The translations under genes were made by a program, and so were the position numbers. Below are positions 1 to 13,445 of a stretch of DNA of 64,000 nucleotides, in pieces. The DNA lies in the NCBI RefSeq assembly GCF_038025025.1, contig NW_027117343.1, positions 744,001 to 808,000 of the forward strand. Direction: 5' to 3'. The DNA comes from Phyllosticta citribraziliensis (Eukaryota). Every line of letters starts with the position of its first letter. Position 1 is the first letter of the stretch. A model generated the notes under the pieces. It saw only the letters and a program-made list of their open reading frames with translations. It did not search any database and was not told where the DNA came from.

Positions 1-1166
1 GGAGGAGATGCAGTTGTTTGCGGGTGCCGGGGATCATGGACCAGATGTCGTGAGCAGAGCGCCGTCAGGACGTAGGGTACGGTACGGGGACGGGTTGCAG
101 GGTCTGTGCGGGCTGGTCGAGGGTCGCAGCACAGGGCAGGGCGGCCCAAGTCGCGTGGCGGGGAGCAGCAGAGGGCGATTGGGTCGGGTGGTGAGGCTGG
201 AGGGGAGAGTTGAGATGGGCGTGGAACGACAGAAGGGGAGGAATGCGAGGACTGGACGATTGAAGGGGGTGAGTAGAGAGTTGGACTGGCCTGGCACTGG
301 AACTGGAACTGGTGGTTCTCGTCCAACCGAAGCGGACGCGGGAAGAGGAAGGGGCCACCGGGCTGCGACAAAACCGCTGCCACTCAGTCTGCCACAACCA
401 AATGGCCCGGCTCCGACTTAGCGCACCCTGGACCTGTTGTCTGTGCTAGCAGTGCTTCCCCAGACTCCAGCCCAGCTCTTGCGGCTGCAGTTGCGTTTCT
501 TTTTTCTTTTTTTCTTTTTCCATTTCCTCTTCGTTTCCTTCATTCCCTCTTGACCTCACGCGACAACAAGTGCTGTTTCGAGCGTGTCCTGTCTGGGCTG
601 TCCTACCCACCCACTCTCCACCGGTCCCCCTCCCCCTCGCCCTCGCAATGTAGAAACGCCCATCGACGCCATGCGCCGTGGAAAGCTGCGAGTCTGGTCT
701 CTTTCGACACCGACCGGTACGGCACAGCCAAGGTACAGGTAGCGCTGTCTTGGCCGGTCGCAGGGTTGCCTTCCTTTGCAAACACTTGCGCGTGACAGCC
801 GTCCACGGTGAAGCTGCATGTACCTAGATAGTCGAGAAATAAAAAAAATCCAGCAGCCCTGCAGTCATCTGGCGCATCCCTGCTCGGGTCCCCAGATGCA
901 GCGCGATCGAGTGGTCCAGAGTGGCCGTCCAGCCTGTCGGCCCTTGCCCGCATCACGCTGACATAAGGGCCGGTCAACGCTGCTGGAAGCTCCCGCCGCC
1001 GGCTGCAAGCACTGGGACTGTCTGCCTCCAACACCTTCACCGGTGGCCTCTGAGAGCCTGCGTCCACCACCTACCTTACGCTACCTTCCTTATATTGTGC
1101 GCCCTGCCCTCGACGCTGCCTTCACCCCCGTGTGCAAATGGACCCACGCCCGCTGCCGCTGCCGTC

Positions 1167-4100
1167 ATGAGGGTTCTCAACTCGACCTCTGCCATCCACC
1201 ACCATCAGCACCAGCCTTCCAGGGCCAACCTCCCTCACGGCCAACTCCCGCCTGCCATGACCTCAACAGCCACCACCGCCGCCGCCGCCACCACCCACAC
1301 CCAACATCCCGACCCTTCTCGTTCCAACAGCCACGCCGCCGTGCATGACGACCGCGACCTCTCGACCCCAAGCCCGCGCCCCTCATCCGCCTCCGCAATG
1401 CGCGGCCGACGAAGCTCCACCCAAGACAGAAGCCGCCTCGACAGCGCAGACGGCCCCGACACTGCCCGCCCTGGACTTTTGCGCGCAAAAAGCGACTTTG
1501 GCCCGCGCTGGGAAGAGCAGCACAACGACCCAGAAGAACGAACCAGCGAAGCCGAGTGGACCATCCGCCATGGCTGGGAGACGCAGCTCACATCCGAGGA
1601 ATACCAAAACTTTCTCAGCTCAACCTTTTACATGTACTTCACCGACAAGAAGCACGAGACCAATGGCAACCCCAAGCACGACAGCGAAAAATACCCTCTG
1701 CAGGAATGGCGCATGAAGGACAGGCTCAAGACCGTCTCGGCCGTGCTTGCCCTGTGCCTAAACATCGGTGTCGATCCCCCAGATGTCATCAAGACAAATC
1801 CGTGCGCCAAACTCGAGTGTTGGATAGATCCCACCATATCAACCGGCACCTCGGGCCATACGCCCATGAACAATATTGGCAAGGCCCTGCAGACCCAGTA
1901 CGAACAGCTTAGCATGCGCACGAGGTACAAGCTTTGCTTGGATCCCACCGTCGACGAGACTAGGAGATATTGCTCGACCCTGCGCAAAAATGCCCGCAAC
2001 GAGCGCGTGCTTTTCCACTACAACGGCCACGGCGTTCCAAGACCGACCTCGTCGGGAGAGATTTGGGTCTTCAACCGGAACTATACCCAGTACATTCCCA
2101 TTTCGCTGTACGAGCTGCAGTCATGGATTGGTGCTCCGAGTCTCTTCGTATATGACTGCTCCGACGCCGGTCTCATCATTCAAAATTTCAACAAGTTCGC
2201 CGAGAAGCACGAGCAGGAGAATGCCGAAGTCCTGAGACGAGAGCCAAATGCCGAGATTATGGATTTTAGCGACTGCATCCATCTCGCGGCTTGTAGGGAA
2301 AAGGAGACCCTGCCCACGAATCCAGACCTTCCTGCGGATGTTTTCACCTCGTGTCTCACCACGCCCATAGAGATGGCGGTCCGCTTCTTCATCCTGCAAA
2401 ACCCTTTGCCCTCGGGCATTACCCTCCACGATGCCGCAAACATCCCAGGCCGCGTATCGGAGCGTAGAACACCCATAGGCGAGCTCAACTGGATCTTCAC
2501 GGCAATCACCGACACAATAGCCTGGAACTCGCTGTCCAAGCCGCTGTTCAAGAAGCTCTTTCGCCAGGACCTCATGGTGGCCGCACTTTTTCGCAACTTC
2601 CTTCTGGCCCAGCGGATAATGCGCGTCTATCACTGTCATCCCCAGTGCTACCCTGAGATCCCAGAAACCCATGATCACCCGCTGTGGAAGAGCTGGGACC
2701 TCGCTGTTGAGATGATCTTGGCCCAGCTCCCCAACCTGATCAGGGCAGAACGTGGCGAAGTCCAATACGAGTACCAACACTCCAACTTCTTTGCAGAACA
2801 ATTGACTGCTTTCGAAGTCTACTTGGACCAAGGTGGTGCGATGGAACAAAGAGTGCCGGAGCAGCTGCCAATCGTCCTGCAGGTCCTCCTGAGTCAGGTG
2901 CATCGCTTGCGCGCCCTCATTCTGCTCAGCAAGTTCCTTGATCTCGGCCCATGGGCGGTCAATCTGGCTCTGAGCATAGGAATATTCCCCTATGTTTTGA
3001 AGCTGCTGCAGTCCCAAGCCATGGAGCTGAAGCCTGTAATGGTCTTCATTTGGGCGAGGATACTAGCAGTCGACCAATCGTGCCAGACTGATCTTCTCAA
3101 GGACAACGGATACACTTACTTCATCAGCATCCTCAATCCCAACTCGGGCATGCCCATCATCAGCAACCAGAGCGAGCACCGCGCCATGTGTGCATTCATC
3201 GTGGCCATGTTCTGCAAGGACTTTCATCAGGGCCAGGTCGTCTCTCTTAGTCCCGACGTCTTCGAGAGTTGCCTTGGTCACCTTGGAGACATTCACAACC
3301 CCCTTCTGCGCCAGTGGTCATGTCTCTGCCTCAGCATGCTTTGGGTTGATTATCCCGAGGCCAAGTGGACCGGTATTCAATGCTCGGCGCATCAGAGGCT
3401 GCTCTTTCTCCGGACCGATCCAGTCGCAGAAGTCAGGGCTGCCATGCTCCATGCTCTGACCACCTTTTTGGGCATACCAGACGTCACAGCCCAGGTCGCT
3501 CAGATCGAGGAGTCGATTGCTGGCAATTTGCTCTACATGGCCCATGACGGCAACAGCATGGTCCGGAAAGAGCTCCTTGTCTTCTTCTCGACCTTTGTAG
3601 CTCGCTATGAAAACAAGTTCATCGTGTCTGCTTTCAAGCAACTCACCGAGGAGCGAGACACTCTTCGGCAAGGTCAAGAGCGCTCGGAACAGTCAAGCAG
3701 CGAGTTGAACTCGAGCTTGCGCGCAAGCGCAAGTGCTCATGATGGAGATGAGCCCCCCGCGAACGTTGCCCAAAATACCGTCTTCTCAGCCATGTGGAAA
3801 GAGGTCTTGATTCTCTCGGTCGATCCCCATCCAGAAGTCGCCAAGAATGCATGCATCATCGTCGACAGCGTAATAAGCGCGCTTCTCGAGTCACCTCTGG
3901 CGCTCCACGCACAACCTGTACTCGATGAAATCGCTCAGATTAGTGGCGAGGCAAGGAACAAGGCCGCTCGCAGCTCTTATGCCGATCAATTGCATTCTGT
4001 TCCCCAGACCACTCAATCGTCGACACCAACGACACCTACCAAGCACGACGGCGGATTTTTGTCTGCTGGTATGCGCAGAACTGCCAGTGTTGCTGCGTCG

Positions 4101-5618
4101 CTCAAGAACCTTGCCTTTGGCTCTGGCAACAGCCAAGACTCGCCGCCTGTTTCGCTCAAGAGTCCGGTCAAGTCGAGCGCGAGCAGCGCTCGTGGGCGGA
4201 TTCCGGCAGAGTGGAACCGACCACCCGAGGAGAAGGACCCTGTCCGGACTTCGACGCAGTCGGGGTCTGCGGATAAGGTGCCCGTCTCCCGCGGTTTCAG
4301 GCCGCGAAAGCTAAACCAGAAGCCGACTATTCCTCTGAAGAGCAAGTTTTTCGAGTGGTCGACCGAGTATTTCCGTGAGCCGCAGATGAAGACGCTCGAG
4401 GCCGACGAACCTGGAAGCCGAGAATATAACATGCGGTTGTGGCGACGCAACCGCAACGACAAAATCATTGCTGATACTCAGCCGCTTAAGGATATAGCTG
4501 GCAGCAATCGATGGGATAAGGCCAAGGGGTTCTTCAACAACGGCTCTCAACCCATGAAGATGTCTTTTCACCAGTTTGAAGAACACCTCGTCGTGACCGA
4601 TGACAGCGACACAGTGTGTATTTGGGACTGGGAGCGCCACAACCGTCTCAACCGCTTCTCCAACGGTAATCCAGTGGGATCGAAAATCACCGAAGTCAAG
4701 TTCATCAACGAGGACGATCAAGCTTTGCTCATGACGGGCTCTTCTGATGGAGTGATCAAAATCTTCCGCGATTATGAGAACTCTAGGAAGGTGGAGCTCG
4801 TTACGGCATTTAGAGCTTTGACTGATCTGGTCCCTAGCAACAGATATGCTGGCCTAGTCTTCGACTGGCAGCAAGGCCGGGGTCATATTCTGGTAGCTGG
4901 CGACGTGCGCGTCATTCGCGTGTGGAATGCCGGCAGCGAGACGTGTACTCGGGTAAGGTCCACCAGCTGATGATGACATACACAAGCTGACTCGCAACTA
5001 GGACATCAATGCGCGGTCTGGCTCGTGCATCACATCCCTCACGTCTGACCAGGTTGAAGGCCAAGTCTTCGCTGCTGGCTTTGGAGACGGAGCTGTCCGC
5101 ATCTACGACCAACGTATGGAAAAGAAGCGAGAAATGGTCAAGGTTTGGAAGGAGCACAGGCAGTGGATCACCAACATTCACCTCCAGCGAGGCGGTCAGC
5201 GAGAACTAGTCAGCGCCTGCCGAGACGGCGAGGTCAAGCTGTGGGACATGCGCATGGATCGGAGCTTCAAAACGATCAAGTCGACCAAGGACACCCTCAG
5301 AAGCTTGAGCGTCCACGAGCATGCGCCCGTTTTTGCTGCGTAAGTCGTCCTGTCTCCCCAAACAGTTCCCGCCCAGTACTGACAGTGTGCAGTGGATCTG
5401 AGCGCCACGTCGTCAAGCTCTACAATCTGAACACGGGCAAGCACCTCTCAAGCTTTGAACCATACTCTGGTTTCTTGCACCAAAAGAGATTTACGCCGAT
5501 TTCAACAACGGCTTTCCATCCTCACAGAATGATGATTGCTGGATCTGCCTTGTCAGATTCGCACATCAACATCTATGAGTGCAATGATCAGTTCAAACAA
5601 GTCGACATCGACGTCTAG
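1167..5618 (+). CDS. KOG1: TORC1 subunit Raptor (Kog1/Mip1); 3 exons, introns ~4953-5001 and ~5340-5392; start at ATG 1167 or 1257
   Basis: Raptor N-terminal conserved block (MKDRLKTVSAVLALCLNIGVDPPDVIKTNPCAKLECWIDP; RVLFHYNGHGVPRPT), HEAT region and C-terminal WD40 repeats. GTAAG..CTGAC..AG introns join ORFs 921-4970, 5116-5343 and 5145-5618 in frame. Confidence 0.95.
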
Positions 5619-6294
5619 ACGATCGTTCAAGACCCGGGCTTTTTCTCTTCTTTGAATAGAGCCAAACTCATGGGGCCCTATTTCTATTCAACTTCTCCCA
5701 TTGCTATTACTAGTACAGACAGACATAACCTTGGGACTTTTTGCCATGAGGGGCGGCGGTATTTTTTGAGCTCCGAGAGGGAGTCGCTTCAGGACTTGCA
5801 TTCTGCATCGGCGATTATATCATAGCGATGGCGTCTCTAGGTTGGGTACCTCTTAATGGAATCATGGGGGGGCATGGTGGAGTGGTCACTTTGCATGGCT
5901 TTCGCTTGAGGACACGGCTGGAAAACATTTCTAGGACAGAGTCTATGACTATGGATTGCCCAATCCAATAATTCCACTAATTAGTGATTCCGCCCTGGGC
6001 TAGTTTGAGCGGCGGTGATTGACTCCTTGCGGTGTCTTGAGGAATAACATGCTGAGTCGAAAAGTCGAGTCCTGCAATATGCATGGGAGGCCCAGAGACG
6101 GCGGCCACAACATTTGGTGGCTGGGGAAGACACCCCACTACGCGATACGTCGACCCCGCCGACCTGAATTTTCGACTCATAACAACAACAGTCACTCCAC
6201 CCAAGTCCGAGCAGCATTCAGGCAGAAGCTTCCAACTCTCAATTACCGACACTGCAACACCGGAGCTCGACCTCTTCACCCACAACCCCACACA

Positions 6295-8050
6295 ATGGCT
6301 GATCAAGCTCCTCCTGCCGAGGGCGCCGGGCCCTCGAAGAACGCCTTGAAGAAGGCCCAGAAGGAGGCGGAGAAGGTTGGCAGGAACCACAAGAAGACAC
6401 GATGGGCGCAAATCAGCTGCTAATTCACCCTCATCTAGGCCGCAAAGAAGGCTGCCGCAAAGGAGCGCGAACTGGCCGAGCGCACCAAGAACCAAGCCAA
6501 CGAACCCGATGTATCCAAGGACAACTACGGCGAGCTGCCCATGATTGGCTCGACACCCTACACTCCCTCGGGCGACAAGCGCGTCAAGTTCTCTGAGCTC
6601 AAGGCCCAAGAGGAGCCTGCCGTCTTCCGCTGCACCGTCATCAATGCGCGCTCCCAATCCGCCAAGCTCGCCTTCCTCAACCTTCGCCAGGGCGAGGAGA
6701 CGATCCAGGCCGTTGTCGCAGCCAGCGAAAAGCTGAGCAAGCAAATGGTCAAGTTTGCGGGTAGCGTGAGCGCACAGAGCATCGTCCTGGTGCATGGTCT
6801 GGTCAAGGATGTCAAGGAACCCATCAAGAGCGCAACGATCAAGAACCTCGAGATCCACATTCAGAAGCTTTTCATCATCTCCAAGGCGGTTCCCCAGCTG
6901 CCGCTGCAGGTTGAGGATGCCGAGAGGCCCCTCCCCGAGGAGGGCGCGGCCGAGGAGCCCCAAAAGGACGACGAGAGGCCGCGTGTCGCGCTGGCCACGA
7001 GACTGGACAACCGCGTGCTGGACCTGCGCGCGACGCACAACAGGGCCATTTTCACAATCAAGAGCGGCATCTGCCAGCTGTACTCGGAATTCATGCAGAG
7101 CAAGGGCTTCACCATGATCCAGACGCCGAAGCTGCTGGGCGCTGCCTCGGAGGGTGGATCCAACGTGTTTGAGTGCACCTACTTCGACCGCAAGGCGTAC
7201 TTGGCGCAATCGCCGCAATTGTACAAGCAGATGCTCGTCTCTGCTGGCTTCGAGCGTGTCTTTGAGATTGGCCCCGTTTTCCGCGCCGAGAACAGCAACA
7301 CGGCGCGCCACTTGACCGAGTTCACTGGTCTCGATATGGAGATGGCGTTTGAGGAGGACTACCACGAGGTTGTCGACCTGATTGTCGAGATGCTGCTGTT
7401 CATCTTCAAGGGTCTGCGTGAGCGCTACAGCAAGGAGACGGACATTATCCGCGAATGGGCCAGCGGCGGCAAGAACACGATTGAGGACTTCAAGCTGCCG
7501 GCGGACGGCAAGGTGCCCATCATCCCGTTCAAGGAGGGTGTCAAGATGCTGAGGGAGGCCGGCGAGGAGCTGGGCGACTACGAGGACTTGAGGTACGCAT
7601 CCACCCTTCCAATAATCAACTCCACTAACTGTTTGCAGCACTCCCCAAGAAAAGCACCTTGGTAAGCTCGTCCTCGAAAAGTACGGCTCCGACTTTTACG
7701 TGCTCGACCAATTCCCGCTCGCGGTGCGGCCCTTTTACACGATGCCATCGCCCCACGACGCCAACCTGTCCAACAGCTACGACATGTTCATGCGCGGCCA
7801 GGAAATCATGTCGGGCGCGCAGCGTGTGCACGACCCGGAGCTCCTCGTCAAGCGCTGCCTGGCCATGGACCCGCCCGTCAACCCGGACGGTGCCGGTCTC
7901 AAGGACTACGTCGACGCTTTCCGCTACGGATGCCCGCCCCACGCCGGCGGCGGCTTCGGCCTTGAGCGTATCGTCAGCTTCTGGGCTGGCGTCGGCAACG
8001 TCAGATTGGCTAGCTTGTTCCCCAGGGACCCGTCGAGGGTCCTGCCCTAA
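6295..8050 (+). CDS. DPS1: Cytosolic aspartyl-tRNA synthetase; introns ~6376-6439 and ~7593-7639
   Basis: OB-fold followed by class IIb motifs: [63 protein letters not shown]. Confidence 0.95.
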
Positions 8051-9488
8051 GGGTTGGAACAGGTGGAGAGTCGGTTGGTAGGATTTCGGACCTTGTCCAA
8101 GCAGGAGGATGAATGCGATCTGCGGCATAGCGTTTGAGTCTATATTTGTGACCGCTGCTTTTGCATACCAAAAAAAGACATTTCTCACCATGAATACAAT
8201 GAAATCAAGAAGATCGATGACGCTTGGCGATGATCCTTCCGTTTTCTGCTCCATTTCTTTTCTGCTTTCTTAGCATACTTGCTATGCTATGCTAGTATTT
8301 TCTCTCGTCTCGTCCATGATTTGGCGAATCCGTCGTGCTTCTTTTGCTATCAATGACAGAGGAGAGAAGTAGGCCGGTTGCCTAACCGGGACTAGCGTGG
8401 GCATGCGGCGATATCATCACGTCGTGCCGCACCACCTTCCGTTGCTACTTCTACCCGGTACCCTTCTTATATTCACCCAGGACGTTGATCTTCCTGCCAC
8501 AAATCATGATTCTCTGTGAACTTTACGCGGTTCATCCGCCCAGTATCCCAGACTTGCACAATGCGCAGAGTACCTACTCGTCTGTGTCATACCTCCGCTA
8601 AGAACTCTACAAAACACTCTGTACCTGTTTGCTCTCTATTCCACCCCTACACTACATACATGACGATTCGCCTCCTTCTTGAATATTTGACTTTCAATAA
8701 ACACATCATGCTCAGCGATTCATGATGGTTTGCAAAGATCCTCGAGCAAGGCGTCCGTCTTTGTGCAGTTTAACACGGCTAAGACGAGAAAGATGGATGT
8801 GATGCTACTCCCTACCATTTCTTCATGCCTGTTCTGCTTCATTGATCCGTTCAATTTTTGCAAACACCCAGCGTGTGTGCTTACTATCATTGGCATTTAC
8901 TGACCTGGCATCTATAGGCTACACAAGAACTGTCGGTTTGGATGAGGACCTTTAAACTTCTGCGCCACAACAAATCTTCCATATTGCTACACCATCATGC
9001 GGCCTAAGCTTTCATGCCACTAGCAAATACCTACTGATGTTATACTTCATGTCAGACGACAATAATCCACAGCGGGCACAGCGGGCACAGCTGCCAAGAA
9101 TGCCCAGTCGAGAAGCGCCATCGGCTGTACACCTTGATGGCCCGGACAAAATTCCCACTGCAGCTCTCCGCCGACGACCCACGCCAATCTGGCCTATGAA
9201 TCTGCGGCCATTTGAATTCCTAGCGCCATTGCATTGGAGACGACTGGCACGAGCTCACGGCGGAACGAGTCGCAAGTCACCATGGCCCCACGCTTGATGG
9301 CAAAAAGGAAGGGCGCGGGGGGCCAACGCCCAGATCTCGTAACCTCTGCAGCTACCTCGAGACTTGGCTAAGCTGGCCTAGCACGACAGTCCGAGTTGTC
9401 TGGGTATATAAGAAGGCGGTTGCGGAGGGGCCTTTGGCGACTCGGTCGCTTCTGTCTTGGATATCACGAGTATCCGCGGCGTCGATTT

Positions 9489-11144
9489 ATGGAGGCAACC
9501 AAGGAGATTTCCAGTTTGGGCGCCAGCTCTACCAAGGGCTCTGGCGGAGGCCGCTTCAGAAACTTTTTCCTTGGCGATGAGTCGAAATCAAAAGAGGAGA
9601 CAAAACTTGTCCAGAAACTCGGTTCGTGCATCTGACGTAAAAAGCTTTAGCCGAGACTACGGAGCAGTCTGCTAACAACGCATGCAGACATTGTTATTTT
9701 GACATACTGCTGCGTCTCCTCATTTTTCAACTACCTCGACCGTTCGTCATTCGCCAATGCCTACGTCGCCGGCCTGAAAGAGGATCTAGGCCTCCACGGC
9801 TCCCAGTACAATGTCGTCCTCTCCATGTTCACGGCCGGATCAGTCGTCGGGCAGATCCCCCACGCCATCATCCTCCAGAAGGTGGCGCCACGGATTTGGC
9901 TGCCTCTCATGGTAATTGTTTGGTCGGCCCTGACCATGTCGTGTGCCGCCACGCACACGTACGCCCAGCTATGCGTCGTTCGATTCTTCCAGGGATTCGC
10001 AGAGGCTTCCACCTACTGCGGCACCATCTACATCATCGGATGCTGGTACAAGCCGCGGGAAATCGCGAAGCGTACTGCCATCTTCACGGCCTCGGGGCAA
10101 GCAGGCACCATGTTTGCCGGGCTGATGATGACGGCTACGTACCAAGGCATGAACGGCTACGCGGGGCTGGCGGGCTGGAAGTGGCTCTTCATCGTCAACG
10201 GTATCATCACGCTCCCCATCGCTGCCGTCGGCTTCATGTTCTTCCCTGACCTCCCCGAGAACACCAAGGCCTCGTGGCTGAACAAGGCCGAGCGCGAGCT
10301 TGCCCTCGCCCGCCTCCCGCCCAAGGATCCCGAGGGCCACAACATCAACCCGTGGTCCCTGGCCAAGCGCGTCTTCTGCCACCCGGCTCTCTACCTCCTC
10401 TGCACCTTCTCTGTCGTGTCCGGCGCCCTCGAGGCTTACGTCGTGCAGAGCCTGTTCCTGCTGTGGATGAAGGCGTACAAGAGCGTCTTCAGCCAGACGC
10501 AAATCAACACGTACCCGCTCGGCGTGCAGGCCACGGGCATCGTGTCGACGTTCCTAGCCGCCGTGCACATCGACGCGACAGGCCAGCGCGTGCCCATGGG
10601 CCTCCTAGCCGCCCTGCTCCAGCTCATCTCCACCATCATCCTGCTGGTGCCCAGCATCCCATTCGGCGCGACCTTCTTCGCCTTCTACCTCGCCGGCACG
10701 TCGTACATCGTCAACCCGGTGTCGTACGGGTGGGCCAGCATCATCCTGAAGCGCGGCGGCGACGACGCCGCGCGCAGCGTCATCCTGTACAGCATGAACG
10801 CCGTGCAGACGTGCCTGTACACGTTCTGGGGCATCGTGCTGTACCCGGCCGACGACGCGCCGTACTGGAAGAAGGGCTACGTCGCCATGGTCGTCGTCGT
10901 CGTCGTCATGTGCGCCACGCTCTACGGCATGTGGTGGCTCGACCGCTCGACCATGGCCCGCCTACCTGACAGCGAGACGGCGCTGAGGGATCTCGTGGGC
11001 GTGCCGCCGGCCGAGGCGTGCGGCGTTACGGGAACGCAGTGCGGGTGCGCTCCGGAACAGAATAGGGAGAAGGGGAAGACGGAGGAGGAAGGTGAGGTTG
11101 TTGAGATTGTTCCCGACACCAGAGGTAGGGAGAAATCAGAGTGA
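9489..11144 (+). CDS. MFS transporter, allantoate/pantothenate (Fen2/Liz1/Seo1-like) family; one intron ~9622-9687
   Basis: YLDRSSFANAYVAGLKEDL, WYKPREIAKR, GLAGWKWLFIVNGIITLP and multiple TM segments. Exon 1 ending ...LVQKL joins exon 2 in frame. Confidence 0.85.
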
Positions 11145-12569
11145 TGAGGTCGTGGACGCTTGGTTGTGTTCAAGAATAGATCAAGTCCAACACTGTGCAC
11201 TCACTGTACGGATGCTCCTGATGCGTCATCAACAATGACCCTAGTGATCTGCCCATATGCTCTCTTTTCAGGGGAGTGCTCACTTGATTGTGCCTCTTCT
11301 CTTTTTCATTTTAAGCGGTGCTGAGGGACAGAGGATGATTACCTATGCCATTGAAAAATTACCCAAGAGAAATTTCGCAGTGTTTAATCATCAGCAGACA
11401 ACGTGAGAAGGCTTCGCCACTCACTCAAACTGGATGCAAGCTCCAATGACCAACAAAACCAACCATCAGTCCTGGAAACCAATCGCTTACCAGGTGAATA
11501 GAGAAACAAGAGGAGTACACTCATCTTAGTATTCTCTACAGAAAGTAGCTCAAGGCGCGTTGAATTTCTTTACGACACTCTTCGCTCCGTACCCCACCCC
11601 AACACAATCGCCAAATGTTCTAGGGAAGGGAGCTTTTATACCTCTGACCACCTACGCACATGCCTAGGCAGGGGCACGCGTGCTAAGTAGGAGCAGCCAC
11701 ATGCACACGCTATCAGGCACCAGAGCACATGAGTTACCGTGACTGGTGGTAGTCAGTGCAGGAGCAGAGGCAGCGGCGTATAAATATGCCCGAAGACCCA
11801 CACACTCATAGGATGCTACTTAACTGGTACATTCTTGCCACATCCGCCGTAGTTTCCTGCCATACTGATTTTTGTGTGGTGGTGGGCAGTGCTGCAACCT
11901 CCCCATTCCTCCTCTCTACCTCTTCCATCGACGTAAGCAGAGCAGGAGAGATAGGCTCAGGGGGTAAAGAAGGCTGGCTGTCAGCGTCACGCCTCAACAT
12001 TGTTAAATAGCAGCAGCGTTGAAAGCTGATCGTCATTCGTGATTCGAGATAGTGTGTGCACGTGCGTAAACTCTATGAAATGCGTACAGCGAAAGAGAAA
12101 AAGGGAGAAGTGAAAAAGAAGCACTCGTAGCTATTGTGCAGCAGTGAGCAAATTGCGGATTTTGTTGCTGTGCCTGTCATGGAGGATGGAGGCTTTGAAG
12201 TCGGCGGCTTCGATGCTCTGGATACGGCGCCTTTTATGGCCGTTGGCGGTTGGAGTTGGAGCGTGGCACGCTGTTCCTTGTGCCGTTGGCTATGGTCAGG
12301 TGTCTGGAGCATGCGCGCGGATTGCGCTGCTGCGCTGAACAAGCTCGTGTCGACTGTGCAAAGGCAGATGATGACGGTGGAGAGATGCCGCGGCGGTTGT
12401 TGAAGGAAATGCCGTGGCTTGGCTGTGTGGCTCTCTGAGGGAGCATTCGTCCGCCACCCACTGTGACCACGCCCAGGGAGCTCCCACTTCTTCTGACTCC
12501 CACTGTAACGTGAGAGAAAACGATTCGACGCTTTCCCCCGCGGTCCTAAACCACTGAACCTGCAACCCC

Positions 12570-13445
12570 CTATTTCTTCTTCGGCGCATCCCTCAGGTCC
12601 AGCTTCGTCTTCAAATTGCCGCGACTGTTGACCTGCATCTTCCTCTCCGCCGCCTCCTCCTCCGCCTTACGCAGCTCCTCCGGTAGCATCCTGCGCTCCA
12701 AACTACACGGCAACACGCGCCTGCCGCCCACCAACTTCCCGTCAGCCAGCTTGTCATCCCAGCGATCGTAATACAGCTGCCACCGCAAACCATCGGCAGC
12801 GGCGCTCTCCTCATCACTGACCTCGACGGCGACGAAGCCCTCCCAGCCCTCGAGCGTGACGCCCTTTTCGTCGTCGGTCCAGTCCCACGGCCCGACGACG
12901 TGCGCGATCGACTGCGAGCGGTTGCCGAATCGCAGTGCATGCGTCGCCTTGTCCACGTACACCCAGTTCAGCATTGGTGGGTCCGTGTTCAGCGTCGTCA
13001 CGAGCCCGCGCTCGCGTGGGTTGCGCTCTTCGTCCGGGTACATGATGTAGAAGCCGGTGAAGGGGTGAGGCGGCGGCTTGGACGGGTCCGGGGAGACGGG
13101 GAAGCCTTCTTCGTTTTTGCGGCAGACCCATATCTGTTGGCCAAGTCAGTTGACCGATCCATGACCTTCCTCCAGCCAATAGTCTCTGGGATGCCTGCAA
13201 CGGTTTGAGAGAAGACGCAAACTCACCGCATCCTTGTGCACAACAATGATGCCACCATCCACTTCGCCCGCCCTGCTGCTCTTGGCTTGGCAATACACGT
13301 CCATGTAAAACTTGACCATGCGCGTCTCGTTCGCCGCTTCCTTGTTCTGCTCTTTCTGGTGGTGCACGCCCTCGGCCACGCCCGTCACGACGGGAATGCC
13401 GGTGATGACGCCGCCAAAGAAGAGGCCGAGCCCAAGCGTCGCCAT
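12570..13445 (-). CDS. Conserved fungal hypothetical protein, 2 exons (intron ~13227-13134)
   Basis: ORF 13146-13445 (GIPVVTGVAEGVHHQK) joins ORF 12570-13043 (PPMLNWVYVDK..GPWDWT..LEGWEGFVAVE) through a GTGAGT..CTGAC..CAG intron; coding-like codon usage. Confidence 0.75.

Noticed and set aside
1..900. Several short ORFs upstream of Raptor
   Set aside because: Low-complexity promoter/UTR-like sequence with no coding signature
5977..7641. 554-aa antisense ORF over the Asp-tRNA synthetase (similar antisense ORFs lie over Raptor, Spt16 and annexin)
   Set aside because: Shadow ORFs expected from strong GC3 codon bias on the sense strand; no recognisable protein features
11141..11221. GTGATGA...CTGA spaced like a C/D snoRNA
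   Set aside because: The C box coincides with the MFS stop codon; no terminal stem or recognisable rRNA guide
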